From assembly GCA_963697895.1 (NCBI GenBank), contig OY969100.1, positions 224,001 to 288,000 of the forward strand: a stretch of DNA of 64,000 nucleotides, given 5' to 3'. Source of the stretch: an uncultured Methanomicrobiales archaeon. Lineage in GTDB: Archaea; Halobacteriota; Methanomicrobia; Methanomicrobiales; Methanospirillaceae. Shown here in pieces: positions 20,407 through 30,830 of this stretch (the first letter of the stretch is position 1; every line of letters begins with the position of its first letter). Under the pieces are notes generated by a model. The model was not told the DNA's origin and did no database searches. It saw only the letters and a list, made by a program, of their open reading frames with translations. The position numbers and the translations under genes were made by a program.

Positions 20407-20623
20407 ATTATCCCCTGTTTCCTGGAAAGAGCTCGTTCTCCGACTTCAGAAATGTGGATTTGACGGACCGTTCCAGGGAGGAAAACATCCCTACATGATC
20501 AAAGAGTCTCTTGTCCTTACGGTGCCGAACCCACATCGGAAACAGATCAGTCCCGATCTTCTGTCGAGAATGCTTCGACAGGCCGGGATCACGCGTGAGG
20601 AATGGCTACAGTTCGAAGATTGA
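20384..20623 (+). CDS. hicA: HicA-family mRNA interferase toxin
   Basis: ELV.RL.K.GF....GGKHPYM.....LTVPNPH...I...LL.R.L.QAGI..EEW; overlaps hicB. Confidence 0.88.
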   Translation: MIRVPGHKLSPVSWKELVLRLQKCGFDGPFQGGKHPYMIKESLVLTVPNPHRKQISPDLLSRMLRQAGITREEWLQFED

Positions 20624-20767
20624 TGAAGATTGTTTTGTACCTGCGTCTTATCTTTATTTTTTTGAAAAAAATTCCTCCTGTTTCGTCTTAGAAAAAAAAT
20701 CTTCACCATTCGTTCCCGGAAAAATTTTCACGCATATTTTTTAAAAATAAAATATTTCGTCACCGGC

Positions 20768-21661
20768 TCACGGGACCGGCGTCGTCGATTCGCCCTTCAA
20801 CGTCCCCGGGTTGTCCATGACCACCCAGTACCCGTTAAACGGCATCATGACCTGCGAGGCCCCGCCCCGCGGGTATACCCACCCGGGCTGGTCCAGCGCC
20901 GGGCTGATCCCGATCACGTACCCGATGCCGCCGTTCGTCCCGTCCCGGATGCTCGCGAGCGCCTCTTCGACCGGCGTGTCGGGGAACGTCCCCTCAGTGA
21001 ACTCCGGTGCCGGCCCGATCAGGCTCATCCCGGCCGGAAGATCCCGTTCGGGCGGACCGGATGCGAAGGGGGACGGGAAGAAGTTCGCCGTCACCGGTGC
21101 GGATCCGACCACGTCCACGTAGAACGCCTCGAGCGGCATGAGCGGGTCCTCGTCCCCGACGACGAACCAGCCGGACTCGTTGTACTTCAGGATCATGCCG
21201 ATCTCTGCCCGGTCTTCCGGGGTGAAGATCGACGGGATCGTGTCAGACCAGTTATCGAGGAGGACCGGGGTGGAGAGGATATTCCACCCGCCCTGCAGCT
21301 CCCGGGTGAAGTGCGGGAGCGGGGTCAGGTTCGCATAGAGGTCGACCGTCTCGTCCTTCGCCGGGTATTGGGTGATATCGGCGGTGAAGGGGACATAGCC
21401 TGCTTTTCGCACCGTGAATGTCTGGAACGGCGTCGCGGTGACGTAGACCTGCACGTCGAGGTACCCGCCGCTCGTCACTCCTTCCTGTATATCGTCGAGG
21501 AAGACCGTCGCACCGTCCGCGTCGGAATGAACGCGGTAGTACCCCTGGTCACCCCCGATCAGGGGGAACGTGTCGTTCGTGTCATCATCCGCCCCGGTCA
21601 CCAGCGGAATGGCAATCGCGATGATCAGGAACGCAACAAGAAACCTGGTTGGTATTTGCAT
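20768..21661 (-). CDS. Secreted acidic protein: PEGA-like domain plus ~180-aa GWN-STP domain
   Basis: Signal peptide; SDADGATVFLD..VRKAGY; C-terminal domain aligns by eye with 46219-46770. Confidence 0.8.
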   Translation of the reverse strand: MQIPTRFLVAFLIIAIAIPLVTGADDDTNDTFPLIGGDQGYYRVHSDADGATVFLDDIQEGVTSGGYLDVQVYVTATPFQTFTVRKAGYVPFTADITQYPAKDETVDLYANLTPLPHFTRELQGGWNILSTPVLLDNWSDTIPSIFTPEDRAEIGMILKYNESGWFVVGDEDPLMPLEAFYVDVVGSAPVTANFFPSPFASGPPERDLPAGMSLIGPAPEFTEGTFPDTPVEEALASIRDGTNGGIGYVIGISPALDQPGWVYPRGGASQVMMPFNGYWVVMDNPGTLKGESTTPVP

Positions 21662-21787
21662 ATGGTATCACAAAGCCCTGTTTTTGTATACGGGAGGATT
21701 TCCGGTTATGTATATAAAATCCTTTTGGAGAAACAACTGGTTATAGGGGCGCACTGCGAGGTTCGACCCTCCAGGTTTCGCCAAGTC

Positions 21788-22045
21788 CGGAAAGGAAGGT
21801 GAAAAACGGGATCCCATTTTCGGATAAAAATAATGATTCATTCACGGATAAAATGGAAAGGACGGTGGAAAACAGGATCCCCATTTTCGGATAACAATAA
21901 TGATTCTTTCACGGATAAAACGGAAAGGACGGTGGAAAACAGGATCTCTTTTCGGATAACAATAATGATTCATTCACGGATAAAACGGAAAGGACGGTGA
22001 AAAACGGGATCCGCATTTTCGGATAACAATAATGATTCTTTCACG
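21788..22045. repeat. Tandem repeat ~66 bp x4
   Basis: GGAAAGGACGGTG(A/G)AAAAC(A/G)GGATC...TTTTCGGATAACAATAATGATTC(A/T)TTCACGGATAAAA. Confidence 0.92.
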
Positions 22046-22069
22046 AACCGGAGCATGAAAATTAAAAAT

Positions 22070-22477
22070 TCAGTACTCGTCCTCCGGCTTGGACATCACG
22101 ACATCCTCGACCTCCGGGGTAACGAGCCAGAGCGCCCTCCGGACCTTCTCCTGGATCGCGGGGTCTCCGGTATCGGCTATCTCGTCGAGCCGGGCGATCA
22201 GTTCCTCCTGGATCAGCGCCTCCTCCTCGCCGGCCGAAGCGACCGCGATCAGGACATCGAGAGCCGATTCGACGATCCGGGGATTCCCGTCCGAGAGAAG
22301 GTCGATGAGGCTCGCGATCCCGTTCTGGTTGATCAGTTCGTGCGGGCTCCAGTCCTCGTCCCAGGTGCTCTCCACCAGTGTCTCCAGCGCTGCGTCCCGC
22401 ACGCTCTCGTCGGGGTCGGAGAGCCTGCATACCATATCCCGCATTATTTCACGGGTATTTCGGAGATCTTCTGCCAT
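22070..22477 (-). CDS. Acidic HEAT/ARM-repeat protein
   Basis: LSDPDESVRDAALETL, LIDLLSDGNPRIVESAL, DPAIQEKVRRAL. Confidence 0.8.
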   Translation of the reverse strand: MAEDLRNTREIMRDMVCRLSDPDESVRDAALETLVESTWDEDWSPHELINQNGIASLIDLLSDGNPRIVESALDVLIAVASAGEEEALIQEELIARLDEIADTGDPAIQEKVRRALWLVTPEVEDVVMSKPEDEY

Positions 22478-22889
22478 TATTCCTCCAGCCCGGAGATTCC
22501 AAAAGGAGGAGCCCGGGCTGAACCTGAAATGAACATGACGGTCATCGGCAAAAAAACCTTCGTGGTCTTACTCCGGTTCCGCCCGGTACCCCGCCCCCTC
22601 CTCCGCCACGAGAAAGACGCACCGGCAGTACCCGGCATTCCCATAGGCTCCGCTCCTCCGTCTCTCCGGTCAGGAGCGAACCGCACCCCGGGCAGGGGAG
22701 GAGGGGATCCGGGGACATGGGAGATCCTCTCTCCCCGGGAAGAGAAAGAGCTCCGGTGCACGGGATGAAAGTGGCTCCACACTAAGTGCTTTATAACCTC
22801 GCGACAAGTGATAGACAGAAGAAACCATTGCATAGCGCCTGCTCTCGCATCCTTTCCGGAGCCGGCCGTCATGGGAATGAGGATACGAT

Positions 22890-24284
22890 ATGGAAACACG
22901 TACATTTGATGATTTAGGCCTTTCCGCCCCGGTGAAGAAGGCCGTCGCCGAGCTCGGGTTCGAAGAGCCGACCCCGATCCAGTCGCTCGCGATACCGATA
23001 ATCATGGCCGGAAAAGACGTCATCGGCCAGGCACATACGGGTACGGGGAAGACCGCGGCATTCGGGATCCCGATCATCGAGCGGGTGGACCCCCGGGACC
23101 GCCGGGTGCAGGCGGTCGTGCTCAGCCCGACCCGGGAGCTCGCGATCCAGATCTCGGAGGAGCTGACGAAGCTCGCGAAGGACCGGAAGGGGCTCACCAT
23201 CCTGCCGGTCTACGGCGGCCAGCCGATCGAACGGCAGCTGGCGGCGCTCCGGTCCGGAGTCACCGTGATCATCGCGACACCGGGACGGCTCCTCGACCAT
23301 ATCAAGCGGCGGTCCGTCTCCCTCGAACGGGTGCGGATGGTCGTCCTGGACGAGGCGGACGAGATGCTCGACATGGGTTTCCGGGACGATATCGAGCCGA
23401 TCCTCAGGCAGATCCCGAAACCCCGCCAGACCGTGATGTTCTCCGCGACGATCCCGCCCGAGATCCTCTCCCTCGCCGGGAAGTTCCTCGTCGACCCCGA
23501 GACCGTTCGGGTCGTGCACCGGGAGCTGACGGTGCCGGGGATCGAGCAGTCCTATTTCGAGGTGCGGGAATCGATGAAGGTGGAGGTCCTCACCCGGTTG
23601 ATCGACCTCCACAACCCCCGGCTCACCCTCGTCTTCTGCAATACGAAGCGGCGGGTCGACGAGCTCGTGAACCACCTCCAGGCACGGGGATACCCGGCGG
23701 AACGGCTCCACGGCGACCTGAACCAGGCGCAGCGGGAACGGGTGATGGCATCGTTCCGGACCGGGGCGACCGACATCCTCGTCGCGACCGATGTCGCCGC
23801 ACGCGGGATCGACGTGGAGGAGATCTCGATCGTCGTGAACTACGACGTGCCCCAGGACCCCGAGTACTACATCCACCGGATCGGCCGGACGGGCCGTGCC
23901 GGCAAGACCGGCCGCTCGTTCACCTTCGTCTCGGGAAAGGACATCTGGAAGCTCCGGGACATCCAGCGGTACGCGAAGATCCGGATCGCCCAGGCCCCGA
24001 TCCCGACCGCCGAGGAGCTCGCGGGCAAACGGGTCGCCCAACAGCTCGCAAAGGCGCGGGCGCTGATCGAACGCGGGGAACAGGTCTCGTACATCCCGTA
24101 CATCGAGGAGTTCATCGGGGAGGAGTTCACCTCCCTCGACCTCGCGGCAGCCCTCGTCCGGATGCAGCTCGGGGAGAAGAAGGTCGAGGCCGAGGCACCC
24201 GAAGAGCGGAGCACCTCGCCGGCCCGGCGCTATCCCGGTCCGTCCCGTCCCCGCGGGCCGAAACGGCAGAATGGGCGCTATTAA
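22890..24284 (+). CDS. DEAD-box RNA helicase (DeaD/CshA-like)
   Basis: Q motif, TGTGKT, PTRELA, TPGRL, DEAD, SAT, ARGID, HRIGRTGR. Confidence 0.95.
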   Translation: METRTFDDLGLSAPVKKAVAELGFEEPTPIQSLAIPIIMAGKDVIGQAHTGTGKTAAFGIPIIERVDPRDRRVQAVVLSPTRELAIQISEELTKLAKDRKGLTILPVYGGQPIERQLAALRSGVTVIIATPGRLLDHIKRRSVSLERVRMVVLDEADEMLDMGFRDDIEPILRQIPKPRQTVMFSATIPPEILSLAGKFLVDPETVRVVHRELTVPGIEQSYFEVRESMKVEVLTRLIDLHNPRLTLVFCNTKRRVDELVNHLQARGYPAERLHGDLNQAQRERVMASFRTGATDILVATDVAARGIDVEEISIVVNYDVPQDPEYYIHRIGRTGRAGKTGRSFTFVSGKDIWKLRDIQRYAKIRIAQAPIPTAEELAGKRVAQQLAKARALIERGEQVSYIPYIEEFIGEEFTSLDLAAALVRMQLGEKKVEAEAPEERSTSPARRYPGPSRPRGPKRQNGRY

Positions 24285-24359
24285 TCTCAATAATTATTTA
24301 ATGCTTGCCTATCCACATAATAATCGTAATTTCCCCATAAAACCTCCGGGGTGGCATGC

Positions 24360-26034
24360 ATGATCACGGTTCTCCTCGTTCACGACAATTCCGATCTCCT
24401 CGAGACCACCCGGCTGTACCTGGAAAAGATGGGAGAGGTGCGGGTGGACACGGTGAACTCCACCAAGCACGCGGCCGAGGTGCTGAAGAACCGGAGCTAC
24501 GACATCATCGTCTCCTATTACCAGATCCCGGAGGTGAACGGGATCGAGTTCCTCGCCGATATGAGCGGGGTCGAGCTCCTCACGTACCTGAAGATGCAGG
24601 GGCTCTCCACCCCGTTCATCCTCTACTCGCGCCGGGACCGGGACCGGGTGGTGATCGAGGACCTCAACTACGCGGCCGAGGTGATCGTGCCGCAGACGGG
24701 GAGGCCCGGCCCCCTCGCGGAACTCCGCGATGTGGTCAAGCAGGCGGTCCTCCGGAAGCGGGCTGAGCGGGACCTCACCCTCCGCTGCGACATGCTCTCC
24801 CGGATCCTCTCCGCCTCCCCCCTCTGGATCTGCCAGGTGCAGAACCAGGCGCTCACGTTCGTGAGCGGGCCGATGGCCCGGTCGCTCGGGTACGACGAAG
24901 CCTCACTCGCGGGGAAGCAGATCGCCCTCCTCTTCCCGGAGAAGAAGGAGTACGAGCGTGCCTGGCGGGAGCAGGCCCTCCGGGTGGACGACCAGGGCTG
25001 GGGCCACGCGGATGCGGTCCTCGTCCGGAAGGACGGGACCCCCTGCCACTGCCACCTCCGGGTGCACCGGGCAGACCCGTCCGACCTCTCCCGGGGGGAG
25101 ATCGTGGTATTCGAGGACGTTTCAGGGCGAAAATCAGTCGAAGACGCCCTGAAGGAGAGCGAACTCCGGTACCGCGAGCTCGATGCAGGCGACGACGAGC
25201 CTCGTGCTGAAGATGGACACGACCGGGGTGATCACCTTCGTCAACAAGGCGGTACAGGCATTCTTCGGGTATTCCGGCCCCGAGCTCGTCGGGAAGAATA
25301 TCGTCGGGACCCTGATCCCGGCCCGCTCCCGGGTCTCCCACGACGTGACGGCGCTCGTGAACGACCTCGGCCTGAGCGGGGGCGGGTCCGCTATCCGGAT
25401 CAACGAGATGGCCCTCCGGAGCGGGGACCCGGTCTGGGTCGCCTGGACAAACCAGGCGATCCGTGACGAGGAGGGGCATATCACCGGGATCCTCTGCGTC
25501 GGAAACGACATCACCGACCACGAGAGCCATGACAAGGTCCGGATCAGCACCGCGATGTGGAAGGACCGGGTGATCGGGAATACCGATGTCCGGGAGGAGG
25601 TCTTCGATGCGGTCTTCCATATCTGCGTCGAGATCGCGAAAGAAGGGCGGGAAGGAAAGCAGGTCGGCACCGCGTTTGTCATCGGCGACACGGAAAACGT
25701 CCTCTCCAAGTCCAAGCAGCTGATCCTGAACCCCTTCGAAGGGCACCGGTGCGAGGACCGGATGATCACGAACCACGAACTGCGGGAGAACATCAAGGAG
25801 CTCGCCCAGCTCGACGGCGCATTCGTCGTCAGGGGAGACGGCCTGATCGAGGCGGCCGCCCGGTACATCACGATCGACACGAGTGCGGTCGGGATCCCCC
25901 GGGGGCTCGGGACCCGGCATTCCTCGGTCGCCGGCATCACCCAGGTGACGAAGGCGATCGGGATCGTCGTCTCCCAGAGCGGGGGAAAGATCTCGATCTT
26001 CCGGGACGGGCAACTCGTACAGGAGATCTCCTGA
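24360..26034 (+). CDS. Pseudo-receiver-PAS-PAS-diadenylate cyclase (DisA_N); one frameshift near 25182
   Basis: ORFs 24351-25466 and 25183-26034 join as ..ELRYREL-MQATTS.. if one G is removed; DAC motifs EGREGK.VGTAF, LDGAF, GTRHS, VVSQSGG. Confidence 0.85.
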
Positions 26035-26137
26035 TCCCCTTAAATACGGCGAATCCGCGTTGATTGCATCCGCATATATATATACTATTCTATCAAATAT
26101 TTCTCCGCAGAATTAAACCCCTGCATGAGCAAACAAG

Positions 26138-26308
26138 ATGTATGAGAAAAAGAGTTATGGTGCGCCGAAGTCATACGGCCCCCGAGAAATGACAAAGACT
26201 GTCTGTTCAGACTGCGGAAAGGAATGCGAGGTACCGTTCAAGCCAACGGAGGGAAGACCGGTATATTGCCAGGAATGCCTTCCTAAACACAGGAAGCCCC
26301 GCTACTAA
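26138..26308 (+). CDS. CxxC-x17-CxxC small zinc-binding protein (56 aa)
   Basis: PREMTKTVCSDCGKECEVPFKPTEGRPVYCQEC; TATA-rich upstream and T10 tract downstream. Confidence 0.9.
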   Translation: MYEKKSYGAPKSYGPREMTKTVCSDCGKECEVPFKPTEGRPVYCQECLPKHRKPRY

Positions 26309-26344
26309 ACTTTTTTTTTTGCGATCCGTCCGGTCGCGTTTCAT

Positions 26345-26509
26345 TCACCATCGCTTCAGGCTTACGGTCTTCTCATCACGCCTCTCAGCCACAACCGCGA
26401 GGTCGTGTAAGTCCTCCTGGATCTTCCCGTACTCCTCGAGCGAGAGGATGACCGCGACCCGCTGCCCCTTCTCATCGACCACATACCGCCCGACTGCGTC
26501 CATATTCAT
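26345..26509 (-). CDS. Orphan RelB/Phd-like antitoxin (54 aa, possibly truncated)
   Basis: YVVDEKGQRVAVILSLEEYGKIQEDLHDLAVVAERRDEKTVSL. Confidence 0.65.
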   Translation of the reverse strand: MNMDAVGRYVVDEKGQRVAVILSLEEYGKIQEDLHDLAVVAERRDEKTVSLKRW

Positions 26510-26733
26510 ACCGTATTACATCAGAGGATCTGCACCTATTATCTCCTTTTCCTCCGGGCAATTCCCCCTGTACTGCAGATGCCTTCGTGGTGGTATCATT
26601 CAAAAAGGTTACACCGAATCATTTGCTTCACGAACTCTGCATTTTGCAGGACGGTCGCACCGGCTGTGGTCTGAGGCAATCCCGGCATCTGAACAGCAAC
26701 ATTCTTTTCAGCCTGCGTCCCGATCGTACAGGT

Positions 26734-28023
26734 GTGACGGGGAACGCACCGGTTCCAGCCGGCCTGAAGAGGCAGCTCGGCCTGACGACGGTCACCCTCT
26801 CCGGGATCGGGATCATCCTCGGTGCCGGCATCTATGTCCTCATCGGCACGGCGGCGGGTGATGCCGGGAATGCGGTCTGGCTCTCGTTTCTCATCTCGGC
26901 CGTGATCGCGCTCTGCACCGCCCTGAGCTATGCCGAGCTCTCCTCGATGTTTCCCCGGGCAGCCGCAGAATACGACTATACCACCCATTCGCTCGGCAGG
27001 ACAGTCGCGTTCGTGATCGGCTGGCTCATCATCTTCTCCGGCATGGTAGGTGCCGCAACGGTCGCACTTGGGTTTGGCGGGTACCTGCATGCACTCGCCG
27101 GTATACCCCCCATTGCCGGTGCCCTGCTCATCCTGATTCTTCTCTCCCTTATCCTGTTTGCCGGGATTCGCGAGAGCGCCGGTTTGGCGGTTGTATTCAC
27201 CCTGATCGAAGCGGGGGGGCTGATCGGGGTGATCGTCGCGGGGATCCCGTATCTCGGGACGGTCGACTACCTCGGGATGCCCTTCGGTATCGGCGGGGTG
27301 CTCTCCGGTGCGGCGCTCGTCTTCTTTGCCTTCCTCGGGTTCGAGGAGATGGTCAAGTTCTCGGAGGAGACCCGCGACCCGGAACGGACCGTTCCCCGTG
27401 CCCTCCTCATCGCCCTCGCCGCATCCACGCTCATATACATCCTCGTCGCGATCGCGGCGGTGAGCACGGTCGGCTGGGAAGCGCTGAGCACCTCGGACGC
27501 CCCGTTCTCCCTCGTCGCATCGGTTGCCTGGGGAGTGAACGGTGCCGTTGCCCTCTCGGTCATCGCCCTGTTCGCGACCGCAAACACCGTGCTCCTCATG
27601 CTCTATGCCACGAGCCGGATCACCTACGGTATGGCCCGATCGGGGGCGCTTCCGTCGGTCTTCTCCCGGGTGAACCTCGCCCGGCAGACCCCCTGGGCGG
27701 CGCTGATCGTCTCCGCGATCGGCGCAGCGATCTTCCTCTTCGCCGGGGATATCGGGTTCGTGGCGGGAGTGACCAACTTCACCGTCTTTGTCACCTTCAT
27801 CGTGGTCAACCTCACCGTGCTGATCCTCCGGTACCGCGACCCGCTCCGGCCCCGCCCCTTCCGGTCTCCGGTATCGATCGGGGGGGTGGCCGTCTTTCCT
27901 CTCATCGGCCTCCTCTCCTGCTTCTTCCTCATCACGGAGCTGGAGCCGCTCGTCATCCTGACCGGTTCCCTCATCGGGGCCGCCGGGGTGGTGATCGCGG
28001 TGGCGGTGAAGAACCGGGGATGA
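26734..28023 (+). CDS. APC-family permease
   Basis: GIGIILGAGIY, ALSYAELSS, FFAFLGFEE, PRPFRSP; start uncertain. Confidence 0.9.
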   Translation: MTGNAPVPAGLKRQLGLTTVTLSGIGIILGAGIYVLIGTAAGDAGNAVWLSFLISAVIALCTALSYAELSSMFPRAAAEYDYTTHSLGRTVAFVIGWLIIFSGMVGAATVALGFGGYLHALAGIPPIAGALLILILLSLILFAGIRESAGLAVVFTLIEAGGLIGVIVAGIPYLGTVDYLGMPFGIGGVLSGAALVFFAFLGFEEMVKFSEETRDPERTVPRALLIALAASTLIYILVAIAAVSTVGWEALSTSDAPFSLVASVAWGVNGAVALSVIALFATANTVLLMLYATSRITYGMARSGALPSVFSRVNLARQTPWAALIVSAIGAAIFLFAGDIGFVAGVTNFTVFVTFIVVNLTVLILRYRDPLRPRPFRSPVSIGGVAVFPLIGLLSCFFLITELEPLVILTGSLIGAAGVVIAVAVKNRG

Positions 28024-28200
28024 GATCGGCTGTTCCATCCCGGATCGCCATAATCGCGGCATTCCTCCCGGACGGCCGGGTGCCGGGGAAGACCTGAAAA
28101 AAAGTGATCACCCGTTTCCCCCCCGGAATAAACTATATGCCTATATATATGAGCAAAAAGTAGATAGAGGCATATAGAATTCCCGGAGATCATCGGCCGC

Positions 28201-29223
28201 ATGGATATCAGGAAAGTGCAGGTAACCGGCGGGTCGTCGTTCGTCATCACGCTCCCCAAGGACTGGGCGGAATCGATGCACATCAAGAAGAACGATCCGC
28301 TCGGCGTGTATGTTCAGTCGGACGGCACGCTGCTCATCACCCGGAGCATAACAGAGAGCCAGGTGCAGCGGGTGAAGAAGATCGATATCACGGCGATCAC
28401 GGATCCCCAGTACCTGTTCCGGCTGCTGATCGGGGCATACATCGCGGGATACTCGGTGATCCAGATCGCCGGAAAGGGACGGTTCCCGACATTCGTCCAC
28501 ACGGTCGTCCGGGACTTTGCGCAGATGACGATCGGGTTCGAGGTGATGGAGGAGAGCGAGAGCGGGGTGCTGTTAAAGGATCTCCTCAACCCGATGGAGA
28601 TGCCGCTCGAGAACTCGGTGAAACGGATGTATGTGATCGTGAAAAACATGTTTGCCGATGCGATCACCGCACTCGAGACCCGTAATATCCCCCTCGCGCA
28701 GGATGTCATCGCCCGGGACAACGACGTCGACCGGTTGCACTGGCTCATCGAACGCCAGGCCAATATCGTCCTGAAGAATCCCGCGATCTCGCGAAAGATC
28801 GGGGTCAAGATCGGGGAGGTGGTGAACACCTCGGCGATCTGCCGGATCATCGAGCGGATCGGGGATCACGCGGTTCGTGAAGCAGAAAATGCCATCCGGA
28901 TCATCGAGTATCTTCCCGACAAGCAATCCCTGGATACCGGGATCATCGGGAAGATACAGGCGGCGAGTAAGCTGTCGCTCGCCCTCTTCGACCGGAGCAT
29001 CGTCTCGTTCTTCAAGGCGGATATCCGTGGATCCAACCGCAATATCGAGTCGGTCGGGGAACTGGAACGCAGCTGCGAGGAGATCAATACGCTCGCCCGT
29101 ACCCAGGATATCGAGATCGCCATCGCGCTCCGGAACATGGCAGAAAGCATCCGGCGTGCCGGAGAATATTCGGGCGATATCTCGGAGAACGTGATCAACT
29201 ACCTCGTGGAAGAGAAGATATAG
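28201..29223 (+). CDS. phoU: Archaeal PhoU regulator with AbrB-like N-terminal domain
   Basis: RKVQVTGGSSFVITLPKDW, D.DVDRL, IERIGDHA, IRR.GEYS.DI.E. Confidence 0.92.
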   Translation: MDIRKVQVTGGSSFVITLPKDWAESMHIKKNDPLGVYVQSDGTLLITRSITESQVQRVKKIDITAITDPQYLFRLLIGAYIAGYSVIQIAGKGRFPTFVHTVVRDFAQMTIGFEVMEESESGVLLKDLLNPMEMPLENSVKRMYVIVKNMFADAITALETRNIPLAQDVIARDNDVDRLHWLIERQANIVLKNPAISRKIGVKIGEVVNTSAICRIIERIGDHAVREAENAIRIIEYLPDKQSLDTGIIGKIQAASKLSLALFDRSIVSFFKADIRGSNRNIESVGELERSCEEINTLARTQDIEIAIALRNMAESIRRAGEYSGDISENVINYLVEEKI

Positions 29224-29738
29224 CGCCTGCCAGTACGCCAACCGGCAGAATATCCGGGGATATCCCGAGAACAGGATCACTTAGCTCGGGGAAGAGAAGA
29301 TATAGCCCTGCCGGATACACGCAGGCAGAAATATTTCAGCTATATCCCGGAGAACGTTTCCAACCATCCCCGGGAAAGAAGGAAGAGGGCCTGCCTGTAC
29401 GCCAACCGGCAGAATATTTCGGCGATATTTCGGAGAACGGCATCACCTACCTCGGGGAAGAGAAGATATACCGGACGCCCACCGGCAGGATACCCCGGGC
29501 GATATCCCGGAGAACAGGATCGCCTACCTCGTGGAAGAGAAGATATACCGGAAGCCCACCGGCAGAATACCCGGGTGATATCCCGGAGAACAGGATCGCC
29601 TACCTTGTGGAAGAGAAGATATACCCTGCCGGATACCCGTAGGCAGAACTATTTCAGCTATATCCCGGAGAACGTGTCCAACTATCCCCGGGAGAGAAGA
29701 AAGAGCGCCTGCTGCCCGGACGCCCACTGGCAGAATGC
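29159..29738 (+). repeat. Tandem array of the phoU 3' end, ~76-84 bp x7
   Basis: GGCAGAATA...GATATC(C/T)CGGAGAAC......TACCTCG(T/G)GGAAGAGAAGATATA recurs; unit 1 is the last ~21 codons plus TAG. Confidence 0.92.
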
Positions 29739-29790
29739 TCCAACACAACGTATATGAGCGGCCTGCACCATACCCACGGGTAGTGATTTC

Positions 29791-30183
29791 GTGGCAGAAG
29801 CAACGCTGGTGGAGCTGACCGACCAGACCTGGGAGATGGCGGTTGAAAAATCGGAGAAACCGGTCATGGTGATGTTTTATACCCCGACCTGCCCGTACTG
29901 CCGGAGCATGGAGCCGTACTTCATTCAGTATGCGGCCGAATATGCCGGGGTTGTCGTCTTTGCCCGGATCAATATCGAGGCGAATCTCTGGACGGCGGAC
30001 CGGTACGCGGTGAGGGGCACGCCGACCTTCAAGTTCTTCTGCAGCGGCAAACCCGTATCGGAACTGGTGGGCGCCGTGTACCCCGCGCTGCTCAAGCGGC
30101 TGGTCGATGAAGGAGTGGCGAGCGGGAAGGAATGCGTCCGGAACCGGACCGAGATCAGCTACGACATCACCGGTTACGGATGA
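29791..30183 (+). CDS. Thioredoxin family protein
   Basis: FYTPTCPYC active site; VRGTPTFKFF. Confidence 0.9.
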   Translation: MAEATLVELTDQTWEMAVEKSEKPVMVMFYTPTCPYCRSMEPYFIQYAAEYAGVVVFARINIEANLWTADRYAVRGTPTFKFFCSGKPVSELVGAVYPALLKRLVDEGVASGKECVRNRTEISYDITGYG

Positions 30184-30491
30184 CCGGTGAGCAGAAGAAG
30201 ATCATTCGGCAGCCGGACCCACCTGCAAGTTGAGAGGGTGCTCCATCTCCTACCGGTCACGGAGAAGGGTGGGTGCATAACGAGGAGTTCCGGTTAGCGG
30301 TCCCGGTGCATGAAGCTCCCAGGCATGGGGGACCGCCGGTCGGTTTATGTATGGAACGGGTCGCCCGCAAAGACCCGGAGCACACGTTTCCGGATCTCCT
30401 CCTCCGGCAGGGTGAGACAAGCGCATTCGCACCTGTCCCTGATCGTATCCCCGATGAGGCCCTTCAGGTGTACCATAATGGATCCTTCATT

Positions 30492-30830
30492 CTATCTCCT
30501 CTTCTTACTCTGCCGGATCATCTCTGCGAAGAACCCGATTGCCCCACCTGCGATCATCCCATAAAACGGACACAACACCAGTACAATGAAGAAATCGCTC
30601 ACTGCAATTCCTGGAAAAACCGCATCGAGCAGGCGATACGTCCCCAGGCTGGCAAAGAAGGGGACCGAGAATAATGCGAACCCGACAGGGGCGACCGCCT
30701 GGTACCAGGCTGCAGGCTCTGTATAGCCCGGGATTATATCGGGCTGGGGAAGCACCACGAACAATAGGAATACATCCGCGAGAACACCCCACATCAGCCC
30801 GAACAAAATGCCCGAACGGAAATAACTCAT
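30492..30830 (-). CDS. Small membrane protein
   Basis: Three hydrophobic segments and a basic tail. Confidence 0.6.
   Translation of the reverse strand: MSYFRSGILFGLMWGVLADVFLLFVVLPQPDIIPGYTEPAAWYQAVAPVGFALFSVPFFASLGTYRLLDAVFPGIAVSDFFIVLVLCPFYGMIAGGAIGFFAEMIRQSKKRR

Noticed and set aside
21745-21790. GAGGTTCGACCCTC as a tRNA T-arm or att-site remnant
   Set aside because: No cloverleaf, anticodon arm or acceptor stem can be built
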